This document shows positions 56,152 through 64,000 of a DNA stretch of 64,000 nucleotides, piece by piece. This DNA is from Pseudohongiellaceae bacterium (GTDB lineage: Bacteria; Pseudomonadota; Gammaproteobacteria; Pseudomonadales; Dasaniaceae): NCBI GenBank assembly GCA_051277005.1, contig JBNMPS010000001.1, positions 1,337 through 65,336 on the forward strand, in the 5' to 3' direction. How positions within the stretch are numbered: the first letter of the stretch is position 1; each line of letters begins with the position of its first letter. The translations under genes and the position numbers were made by a program. The notes beneath the pieces are model-generated. The model had not been told where the DNA came from. It made no database searches and worked only from the letters and a program-made list of their open reading frames with translations.

Positions 56152-58317
56152 GTGATAAAACCGTTAACGGCACTGAATAAAACAGGGTTATCAAAGGCAA
56201 GGAGGCGCCTAGCAGTCAAGGCGCTAGCGGTCAGTTTATTAGGGCTTCATGCAGCATCATGCACCTTAATTCCCCCTGAAGAAATGCGCCCTCCGGCTCG
56301 TTTGACATCGACAGCGTCTCAGCCTGCAGGCGCTATGGATGTTGCTGAAAAAGCCGTAACTGCTGAAAAAAATCGCTTTGAGCGGTTACCCTCAGCGGCC
56401 ATTGATACCACGCCCCCCCGTTTGATTAATAAAAACGACATACTATTTAGCCCTAATGAGGAGGCTACCATTAGCCTAAGTGTTGATGGCTTACCCATTC
56501 CGGCTTTTATTAATGAGGTTTATGGCAATCAATTAGCCTTGGATTTTGAAATAGCCCCCGCTGTTGCCAATAAAAAAGATTTGGTGACATTACGGGTAAC
56601 CGAGCCCCGCAATAAACACAGTATTTTTCAACTGTCCCGTGATGTATTGGCCAACTATGGGGTATTAGTTGTCAAGCAGGGCGATAGGTTACGCTTTATA
56701 TTGGGCACGGGTCCCGAGGCTAATACCGAGATACCCCTTATCTTGACGGGCAGTGCCCTTCCCAGTGTCCCTTCAACCCACCGCCCGGTTTTTTTGATTC
56801 GCAGCTTAAATATTATTAGCAATAGTGATGCTTACAGCATGCTGCGCATGGTGTTTGATAACAAAAAGCTTAAAGTAGAGCGTGATAATAGCCGCAATGC
56901 GGTGAGTTTAAGGGGCGCACCTGACGTAGTAAAAAGCGCCGCCGAAATGCTCGAGCTTTTTGACAAGCCCAATATGAAGGGGCGGTACTCCATGCGTATT
57001 GACCCAGTTTTTACGGATGCCGAGATATTAGCCGAAAATATAGAAAAAGCCATGGCCGCCCAGGGTTACGATATTGGCGGCAAAAATAAAAATACCACGC
57101 TCATGCCCATTAAAGAGTTGAATGCGCTGTTTGTGTTTGCCCCCAGCGAGGGCGTTTTGGCGGCGGTACGTAAATGGACCAAGCAATTTGATAAAGTGGT
57201 TGCCAAAGCCAATCGTGAGGATGGCTTTTATTGGTATGCCGTTAAAAACACCAGCGCCGAGCAATTGGCAGAAACACTCAACGCGGTAATGGGTGGCGCT
57301 AGAAGCGGAAATACAAGAAATAGATCGGCGGGAGCTACTGGTGCGTCTAAAGCTTCTCAGCCTGTTGGCGGAATAAAAAGCGCGGGGGCCAGTGTGCAGG
57401 GTGATTTTGTGGTTGATCAAGCCCGTAATATGTTGCTGTATCGCGGTAAAGCCGAGCGCTGGCAAGAGATAATGCCACTCATTCAAGATTTGGATAAAGC
57501 CCCCATGCAGGTGATGGTAGAGGTGGTGGTAGCCGAGGTTCGGTTGAATGAAAGTATGGAGTTTGGTATTGAGTGGACTTTAAACAATCGCAATGATTCT
57601 GAGGGAAGTTTAAGTGCTTTATTTGGTAGCAGCAGCGGTACATTAGGGGGTGGCGGCCTATCTTGGACATCGCTATCAAGCTCGGGCTCAACCCGTATGG
57701 CTTTAAATGCTTTGGCAGGCGATGATAACGTCTCTATTTTACAGACACCTCGGATATTAGTGCGTAGTGGTGAAAGTGCCAGCGTGACCGTGGGCGAAAA
57801 AATACCGGTGGTTACCTCAGGCAGAGCAGAGGACCTAGTGGACGACGGCGACACCGCGATTACCCAGCAAGTAGAGTATCGTGATGTGGGTATTAGCTTG
57901 TCGGTACAGCCCACCGTTTATTCCGATGGCCGCATTGATATGGTGATATCGCAAGATGTTAGCTCAACCGCTGGCCAAACCTTAACGCCCATTATTGCTA
58001 ACACCAGCTTGAGCACCAGCCTAAGTCTGCAAGATGGTGGCTCGGTGTTGTTAGCGGGCTTAATTAAAAAGAGTCACTCTAAAGGAGGCTCAAGAGTGCC
58101 CTTTTTAGGTGATATCCCCTGGTTGGGGCAATTGTTTAGCTCCGATAGCTCTAGTGCCGAGCGCACCGAGCTCATGATATTAATCGTACCCTACTTAATT
58201 AAAGAGCCAGGCCAGGCCGAGGCCTTAACCCGCTCATTCCGTAAACAGTTACAGCTTCACCCGGGCTTTGATGAAAGCGTTGGGAAGGATGGTGAGGGTG
58301 ATAGCCCTAAGCAGTAG
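56152..58317 (+). CDS. gspD: T2SS secretin GspD-family (possible lipobox AASC)
   Basis: Secretin C-domain: LQTPRILVRSGESASVTVGEKIPV, VPFLGDIPWLGQLFS, ELMILIVPYLI. N-domains lie upstream. GTG start. Confidence 0.9.
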   Translation: MIKPLTALNKTGLSKARRRLAVKALAVSLLGLHAASCTLIPPEEMRPPARLTSTASQPAGAMDVAEKAVTAEKNRFERLPSAAIDTTPPRLINKNDILFSPNEEATISLSVDGLPIPAFINEVYGNQLALDFEIAPAVANKKDLVTLRVTEPRNKHSIFQLSRDVLANYGVLVVKQGDRLRFILGTGPEANTEIPLILTGSALPSVPSTHRPVFLIRSLNIISNSDAYSMLRMVFDNKKLKVERDNSRNAVSLRGAPDVVKSAAEMLELFDKPNMKGRYSMRIDPVFTDAEILAENIEKAMAAQGYDIGGKNKNTTLMPIKELNALFVFAPSEGVLAAVRKWTKQFDKVVAKANREDGFYWYAVKNTSAEQLAETLNAVMGGARSGNTRNRSAGATGASKASQPVGGIKSAGASVQGDFVVDQARNMLLYRGKAERWQEIMPLIQDLDKAPMQVMVEVVVAEVRLNESMEFGIEWTLNNRNDSEGSLSALFGSSSGTLGGGGLSWTSLSSSGSTRMALNALAGDDNVSILQTPRILVRSGESASVTVGEKIPVVTSGRAEDLVDDGDTAITQQVEYRDVGISLSVQPTVYSDGRIDMVISQDVSSTAGQTLTPIIANTSLSTSLSLQDGGSVLLAGLIKKSHSKGGSRVPFLGDIPWLGQLFSSDSSSAERTELMILIVPYLIKEPGQAEALTRSFRKQLQLHPGFDESVGKDGEGDSPKQ

Positions 58318-58501
58318 CGCACCCGTATGGATAGAGTAGGAAAGTTCAAGTGCACGTGATGCAGGTCAAAAACACGGGAAATTATCGGGGAGGGTAACTT
58401 AAAAAAAGATAGCACTTCCATGGTTAAGGCTTTGTTTTAGGTAAATAAAGCTAAAATTTGTGACTTAGTACCAAGCCGAGGCCTAATGCGGATAAAAAAA
58501 G

Positions 58502-58529
58502 TTGCAAAGTGAAATAAACTACCTACAAT
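58502..58529 (+). promoter_or_regulatory. near-consensus sigma-70 promoter TTGCAA-N16-TACAAT
   Basis: Read directly. It predicts a leader of about 100 nt containing the CGAGGCGCCTCG and TACTTACGTAAGTA palindromes, then AAGGA-N8-ATG. Confidence 0.55.
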
Positions 58530-58638
58530 GCTGTAGCAGTAGCAGGCGAGGCGCCTCGTCTACGTTGCTTGAAGCGCTCCAATAAAAGCGTTAAAGATTT
58601 TACTTACGTAAGTACATAAAACGATAAAGGATAAAGAA

Positions 58639-60324
58639 ATGAAGAACATCTTGAAAAAGACGACCTTGGCATTAGCCATTGCTGCTGTATCTACCGGTGC
58701 ATTTGCAGGGGATTTGGATTACACGGGTGCTAACGATGTAGCCCTTACGCTAGCTAACGAAGTTTTTGGTACTGGCTCTGGAGATACATTGGTTGCAATT
58801 CCTGATGTGACATTCACTCTAGATGTTACTAAAGATGACATCGATGGTACAGCCGGTGAAGTTGCAACTGTTAAGTTAACTTTAGATAGTGGAGCTGTAT
58901 TCGGTGAAGATTTGTCAGACATCGACAAATGGGCTGATTCATCAACCATCTTAAACTTTGTGAATGGCACAGGTACTGAAACTGTTGGCGGATCGGGCTC
59001 TCCATTTGCTACTGCTACGGCTAACTTCGCAACTATTACTGTTACTCAAGGTGGTGCAATCGGCGATAACACCGTAACTTTTGAGATCACTTCACAAACT
59101 GCAGGTGAAATTTTAACTTCTGTACGTGTTGCTGGATTTAGAGTTAAAGAATTGACTTCTGCACTTGAGCGTGGAGTTTCCAGCCCTGCGGTCAAACTAG
59201 GCGCTGAATTCCGTAACGTTGACACTGCTGTTACTGATACTGATACTGCATTAACTATTTTGACGTCACAAGACGGTGTTGAGCTGGAAGGCACGTTAAC
59301 TGATTATGACGATGCTGTTGTAGGCTTACGTGCTCGTATCGATGTTGCTGATACTGAATTGTCTTTCACTGGTGATGCAGTTAACGGTGCTGTAGGTACT
59401 GGTGCTGCACAAGATTTTGACGAGACTGATAATGTTGCTTTCGTAACTTTAGGTAACTTGCAAGTTAACCGTACTACTTATCAAGATGGCGTACCTGCTA
59501 CATTGAATGTTAAAAAAGAAGACGCTAACGACTTTGATTTTAACGGTTCAGATACTATTACTGTAGCGCTTACTTCTTCATCTGCACTAACAAGCTACGA
59601 TGAAGTTTACCTACGTACTGACGTTGGTGGTCTAGGTGTTCAAGACTGTGACGACGCGTCTGTTGGTGCTGACTTTGTTGGTTCTGCAGTATTGGGCGAC
59701 GACACAATGGTTGAGTTTGACCTGTCTGGTGAGTCTACAGCTGCTTTAGCAGTTGGTTATGAAGTATGTGCGGTAGCTGCTGGAACTAGCGCTATCCCTG
59801 AGTCTTCTTTTACAGCTTCTTTAACGGTTGAGTACTTTAACCCTCGTTATACTGATTCTGAAGACACGTTGTCTTACGGCAATATCTTACGTAACGGTTG
59901 TCAAGTAACATTGTTCAACGTACCTGCGCCTGATTCTCCAGACTCAGCTGCAATTCGTTTAACTAACGTTTCTGAAAAGCCAGGGGCTGTTCGTGCATTT
60001 ATGTACACACAAGACGGTACTCAAATCGACTTGAACTCTGAGCTAGTTGCTTCTTTAGCACCACATGCGACAGTTGTACTTAAGTCTAACCCAGGCCAAA
60101 CTGGTAACGGTTACTTAGGTGATGCAATGCCTACATATGCTGCTTCTTTGAATGCAGACGGTCGTAACCGTTTAGTTATTCAAGGTGCTTTCCCAGCATG
60201 TGAAGCCTTAGGTCTTGTTCGTACTCCAGCTGGCGTATTAACTAACCTAACTAGCACCACTTACTCAGGTGATGCGACTCGTTTAGGTGCTCAAAACAAT
60301 GGTACTTCTAACACTTCTAACTAA
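58639..60324 (+). CDS. abundant-type secreted/surface protein, 561 aa, acidic and Thr/Gly/Asp/Val-rich (S-layer-like candidate)
   Basis: Sec signal MKNILKKTTLALAIAAVSTGAFA|GD. Codon usage is strongly skewed to GGT, GCT, ACT, GTT and TCT, and Arg is CGT in all but one case. It has its own promoter and a strong terminator, and 4 Cys. I cannot name the family. Confidence 0.85.
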   Translation: MKNILKKTTLALAIAAVSTGAFAGDLDYTGANDVALTLANEVFGTGSGDTLVAIPDVTFTLDVTKDDIDGTAGEVATVKLTLDSGAVFGEDLSDIDKWADSSTILNFVNGTGTETVGGSGSPFATATANFATITVTQGGAIGDNTVTFEITSQTAGEILTSVRVAGFRVKELTSALERGVSSPAVKLGAEFRNVDTAVTDTDTALTILTSQDGVELEGTLTDYDDAVVGLRARIDVADTELSFTGDAVNGAVGTGAAQDFDETDNVAFVTLGNLQVNRTTYQDGVPATLNVKKEDANDFDFNGSDTITVALTSSSALTSYDEVYLRTDVGGLGVQDCDDASVGADFVGSAVLGDDTMVEFDLSGESTAALAVGYEVCAVAAGTSAIPESSFTASLTVEYFNPRYTDSEDTLSYGNILRNGCQVTLFNVPAPDSPDSAAIRLTNVSEKPGAVRAFMYTQDGTQIDLNSELVASLAPHATVVLKSNPGQTGNGYLGDAMPTYAASLNADGRNRLVIQGAFPACEALGLVRTPAGVLTNLTSTTYSGDATRLGAQNNGTSNTSN

Positions 60325-60366
60325 GTTGTGTAAAAGCTATCATTCTGTAGCTTAGGCTATAGGCAG

Positions 60367-60394
60367 AAAGGCTCCTTCGGGAGCCTTTTTTTTT
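60367..60394 (+). terminator. strong rho-independent terminator
   Basis: AAAGGCTCC-TTCG-GGAGCCTTT followed by T9. Confidence 0.85.
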
Positions 60395-60440
60395 AGCACT
60401 ATAAACACTTAATAATTGTAAGTGGCGGTAAATAATTCCC

Positions 60441-60995
60441 ATGGTTGAAAAGCCCTTTATATTTGTGCATATTAATAAAACCGGCGGCAGCAGTATTGAA
60501 CGGGCGTTGGGACTGGAGCTAGAGCATAAAACCGCCCGTGAATACATCGCGGATCTGGGTGAAGGTGTCTGGGAAAAACAGCACACCTTTAGTGTGGTAC
60601 GAAACCCCTGGGATAAAGTAGTGTCACACTACCATTGGCGGGTTAAAACAAACCAAACAGCGCTAGCTGAAAGCCCCATTGATTTTTGTGAATGGGTGAA
60701 AAGGGCCTTTGGCAATAACGAACCCGGCTATTACGATAAACCCAAGATGTTTATGCCCTCAGAGCAGTGGCTTATAAATAATAAAGGTGAAATTGCAGTT
60801 AACACGATAATGCGGTTTGAAAATCTCATTAATGATTTTGACGCCTTGTGTCGGCAGTTGGGTGTGGTGGCAACATTACCCCATTTAAAAAAAACAGAGC
60901 GGACTCATTATCAGCAATATTACAACGACGAAGCATGTAGTATTATTGCGTTATGGTTTAAAAATGATATTGAGCAGTTTAATTATCAGTTTTAG
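60441..60995 (+). CDS. sulfotransferase family protein
   Basis: FIFVHINKTGGSSIERAL (PAPS-binding 5-prime-PSB-like loop) and VVRNPWDKVVSHY (3-prime-PB-like). Confidence 0.7.
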   Translation: MVEKPFIFVHINKTGGSSIERALGLELEHKTAREYIADLGEGVWEKQHTFSVVRNPWDKVVSHYHWRVKTNQTALAESPIDFCEWVKRAFGNNEPGYYDKPKMFMPSEQWLINNKGEIAVNTIMRFENLINDFDALCRQLGVVATLPHLKKTERTHYQQYYNDEACSIIALWFKNDIEQFNYQF

Positions 60996-61043
60996 CTATC
61001 AAATTAAAGCTAGCAATAGAATGAAAATTAATAAGAGGTAGAA

Positions 61044-61700
61044 ATGTTTAAAACAATACAACTCAAATGGCCATTACTGGCTTTATTTATTGTGGTGATT
61101 ACTGGCTTGCAAAATGCTTGGGCTATAGAGCCAAAGCCAAAGCCAGAGCCGGTACCCGTAGTGGACTTTGAAAAAGGCAAATACTACAAAACTTTAGATA
61201 AACCTATTGTGGGTGCTACGGCTCCTATAATGGAGTTTTTCTATTTTGGCTGTAAAACATGTTACCAGCTAGTACCGGCACTGGCGCAGTGGAGCCATGA
61301 AACAGGTATTGGCGTGACCTTGGTTCCGGTGCACAGTGACAACGCTATGGTAGATGCCGCGCGCTTGTATCACACCTTTGCAGAAATGAATGTATTGAGC
61401 AGAATGTATGAGTTGGGTTATGTGATTTTTCAAACAGATAAATCAGAATTAAAAGGTGAGGCGCGTATTAATGATTACCTAGAGCGCCACAGAGTGAATA
61501 AGGAACGTTTTTGGAAAATATGGAATAGCGATAAAGTAAATAAACGTCTAGCAGGCTCATTAGCATTAACTCAACAAGCGAAAATATATAAAACTCCGAC
61601 CTTTTTAGTGAAGGGTCGCTATATGGTGAACATAGATGCTATTACACATGTAGAGCACTTATTTCAACTATTAGAGTATTTAAATAAAAAGCCTGATTAA
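61044..61700 (+). CDS. DsbA-family thiol:disulfide oxidoreductase paralogue (active site CKTC)
   Basis: Signal peptide, FFYFGCKTCYQL, and the cis-Pro loop KTPTFLVKGRY. Confidence 0.75.
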   Translation: MFKTIQLKWPLLALFIVVITGLQNAWAIEPKPKPEPVPVVDFEKGKYYKTLDKPIVGATAPIMEFFYFGCKTCYQLVPALAQWSHETGIGVTLVPVHSDNAMVDAARLYHTFAEMNVLSRMYELGYVIFQTDKSELKGEARINDYLERHRVNKERFWKIWNSDKVNKRLAGSLALTQQAKIYKTPTFLVKGRYMVNIDAITHVEHLFQLLEYLNKKPD

Positions 61701-61818
61701 ATAATAAGCTACATTATCAGTTGCCTTCAGTACAAAGAGTATGAGGGCGGCACTTTTTATCAGTCTCGCTGTGTCACTAGCCGTGAAATAGCCTAGCGTA
61801 CAAAAAGAAAATAATAAC

Positions 61819-63813
61819 GTGAAAACAGAGTATCGAGCCGATATTGATGGCCTAAGGGCTATAGCTGTATTATCGGTATTTATGTATCACCTAGGTTTAG
61901 CCTCATTTAGCGGGGGTTATGTGGGTGTTGATATTTTTTTTGTCATTTCTGGCTTCCTAATAACGCGTATTATTACCCGTGATATAAAACGTGGGCAGTT
62001 CTCGCTGCCTGCCTTTTATGCGAAGCGTTTCAAACGTATTTTGCCAGCCTTAGCCGCAATGGCAGTGGCCTGTATGGTGGTTGCCTATGCCTTACTTGCG
62101 CCTGAAAATTTAGCCGAACTGGGCGATAGCGCAGTGGCGATGGCGTTGTTTGGTTCAAATATATTTTTCTATCTGCAGGCGGGCTATTTTGATGCGCCCG
62201 CTGAAATGAAACCGCTGTTGCATACCTGGTCGTTAGCGGTAGAGGAGCAATACTATTTATTGTTTCCGCTGATGATGATGGGGTTAGCAAAGTGGAATCG
62301 TAGTCGTTATACCCGTTGGTTACTAATATTGTGCTTAATATCTTTCGTGGTTGGGCTTGTTCAAAGCTATAGCGGCAACCAATCGGCGGCATTTTATTGG
62401 ATTACTTCACGGGCCTGGGAGTTATTTTTAGGCAGCTTACTGGTTGTTCCTTTATTCCCCTTACCAACAACAAAAGCGCTTAGAGAGCTGTTATCGCTAT
62501 TGGGGTTAACCTTAATCGCTGTGAGTGTGTTTGGTTTTGATAATCAAACGGTTTTTCCTGGTGTTGCTGCGCTAGTGCCAACAATAGGCGCCGCTTTGAT
62601 TATTTATGCGGGTTTAGGTGGCTCATCAATAGTGGGCCGTCTACTCAGTGTTAAACCATTAATGTTATTAGGTTTAATATCGTATTCATTATACTTATGG
62701 CATTGGCCAATTATTGTATATGCCAAGTACTATTCAATTACTCCCCTTGAGTATAAACAGATGGCAGGTATTGTCGTGGTCGCGTTGATTGTGTCGTGGT
62801 TATCATGGCGCTATGTGGAAACACCGTTTAGAAAAAGCCAGCAAAATCAATCTAAGGTATTGGTTGTTTCATTGACGGTATTAGCCGCCTTGATGGTTGG
62901 CGGCTTAGTGCTGAGTATGAATAAAGGTTTTGAAGGTCGATACCAAAACGTCACGGCGCATAATAGCGATCAACAATGGCTGCATTGGACCGCTTGCCAA
63001 AATGTTAGCACAAGAATTAGACAAGGGCAGCCGCTGTGTGTAATGGGGAGCCAAAACGCTAAACCAACCTTTTTATTATGGGGTGATTCACATGCTAAGT
63101 CGATAGCTGTCGCTTTTGATACCGCGGCACAAGAAAATGATATTAAGGGTCAAATAGCCATTCAAACAGGCTGCCCACCACTATTAGGTATAGAGCGTAC
63201 TGGTCGAACACGCTGCCATCAATTTAATCAAACGGTATTAACCTATTTAATAAATAACCCTGACATTAAAACTATTGTGTTAGCCGCAAGGTGGGCCTTA
63301 TCAACAAAAGGCACACGTTATAAGCAGGAGGCAGGCAAACAAGTAACGTTAATTGCAATTGATGATGGCGGCAATAAACAAGTCGTTAAAAAAAGTCAAA
63401 ATAATGTAGGCCTTTTTAATAAAGGTTTACGGCGAACGGTAAAACAATTAACCCAGTTAGGCCGGCAGGTGGTAATTGTAGGCCCTATACCAGAGGTTGG
63501 CTACCATGTGCCTGCAGCAGAATTTGTGGCATCGCGCACCCAGCAAGATGTAAATAAACTGATTGCACCGTCAAAACAAGAGTTTAAAAAACGCACCCAA
63601 GAGGTAGATGTTGTATTCTCACAATTGAGTACACATAATCACGTAAGTATTATTGAACCGGCCAAAAAACTTTGTGAATACGAAGTTTGTAATGTTTTTT
63701 TTAATGGCAAAGTGCTGTACCGTGATGACGATCATTTATCGACCGATGGCGCACGCTATATAACACCGTTAATCAGCGAGTATTTTTACCAGCAACATAA
63801 GGGCCTGCAATGA
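61819..63813 (+). CDS. OafA/YrhL-type acyltransferase-3 with a C-terminal SGNH domain
   Basis: YRADIDGLRAIAVLSVFMYH..VDIFFVISGFLIT, about 10 TM segments, and a C-terminal LWGDSHA SGNH motif. GTG start. Confidence 0.87.
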   Translation: MKTEYRADIDGLRAIAVLSVFMYHLGLASFSGGYVGVDIFFVISGFLITRIITRDIKRGQFSLPAFYAKRFKRILPALAAMAVACMVVAYALLAPENLAELGDSAVAMALFGSNIFFYLQAGYFDAPAEMKPLLHTWSLAVEEQYYLLFPLMMMGLAKWNRSRYTRWLLILCLISFVVGLVQSYSGNQSAAFYWITSRAWELFLGSLLVVPLFPLPTTKALRELLSLLGLTLIAVSVFGFDNQTVFPGVAALVPTIGAALIIYAGLGGSSIVGRLLSVKPLMLLGLISYSLYLWHWPIIVYAKYYSITPLEYKQMAGIVVVALIVSWLSWRYVETPFRKSQQNQSKVLVVSLTVLAALMVGGLVLSMNKGFEGRYQNVTAHNSDQQWLHWTACQNVSTRIRQGQPLCVMGSQNAKPTFLLWGDSHAKSIAVAFDTAAQENDIKGQIAIQTGCPPLLGIERTGRTRCHQFNQTVLTYLINNPDIKTIVLAARWALSTKGTRYKQEAGKQVTLIAIDDGGNKQVVKKSQNNVGLFNKGLRRTVKQLTQLGRQVVIVGPIPEVGYHVPAAEFVASRTQQDVNKLIAPSKQEFKKRTQEVDVVFSQLSTHNHVSIIEPAKKLCEYEVCNVFFNGKVLYRDDDHLSTDGARYITPLISEYFYQQHKGLQ

Positions 63814-64000
63814 AAGTATTTGGTATTGGTTTTCATAAAACGGCCACAAAATCCTTAGCTAAGGCACTTACTCAATTGGCCTACAAAACAACAGGCCCCA
63901 ATGGTGTACAAGATATTCACTGTGAGCAAGATGCATGGCGAGTTGCGGAGCCGTTACTGAATGAATTTGACGCCTTTCAAGACAACCCCTGGCCATTGCT
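63810..64000 (+). CDS. sulfotransferase-like protein, 5-prime partial (runs off the window)
   Basis: MKVFGIGFHKTATKSLAKAL resembles the P-loop-like start of a sulfotransferase family. ATGA overlap with the acyltransferase stop. Confidence 0.45.
   Translation, partial: MKVFGIGFHKTATKSLAKALTQLAYKTTGPNGVQDIHCEQDAWRVAEPLLNEFDAFQDNPWPL

Noticed and set aside
47712-58317. Whether the cluster is a type IV pilus / MSHA-type system rather than a T2SS
   Set aside because: The major pilin-like protein has the GspG-specific C-terminus (PW..Y.Y...YSLGADG..GG...DI). A GspK-type protein lacking Glu+5 is present. The H-I-J-K set, the L/M-like bitopic proteins and the HR-domain protein preceding the secretin fit a T2SS. 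The gene order does not match msh or pil clusters.

Overview
This is a chromosomal window from a gammaproteobacterium. It shows Pseudomonas-like synteny: cytochrome c5, rep and a GGDEF/EAL protein together, and glnE-ilvE-waaF-waaC-waaG-waaP together. Positions 1 to 34.5 kb are mostly housekeeping genes. They include tRNA-Arg(CCG) with a decayed tandem copy, comM, a BLUF photoreceptor, and ubiK. A sigma-54/NtrC-type promoter drives a frameshifted TorF-like porin, glnK and amtB, followed by a second P-II gene. Further genes are rpoH, trmB, pykA, argA, argE, a DUF47-Pit pair, an orphan GspE-family ATPase, glnE and ilvE. Positions 34.5 to 47.5 kb hold the LPS core locus. Its conserved half (waaF, waaC, waaG, waaP, an extra kinase) is interrupted by a GIY-YIG nuclease gene embedded in arrays of a palindromic REP-like repeat. 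Its variable half carries decayed genes (a GT4 glycosyltransferase, an LPS kinase frameshifted in an (AT)4 tract, a truncated tyrosine recombinase) and a GT4/GT2-fragment/waaL module bracketed by an imperfect direct repeat. Positions 47.6 to 64 kb are the most interesting block. An 11-gene type II secretion operon in Xanthomonas xps order (E-F-G-H-I-J-K-L-M-C-D) has an ATPase with a tandem MshEN-type c-di-GMP-binding motif. It is followed by a separately promoted 561-aa secreted protein with codon usage typical of highly expressed genes. After that come a sulfotransferase, a DsbA paralogue (CKTC), an OafA-type acyltransferase and a second sulfotransferase-like gene. I interpret this block, by inference only, as a cargo-dedicated T2SS with a surface-layer-like cargo linked to LPS. 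No CRISPR array, rRNA gene or intact mobile element was seen.
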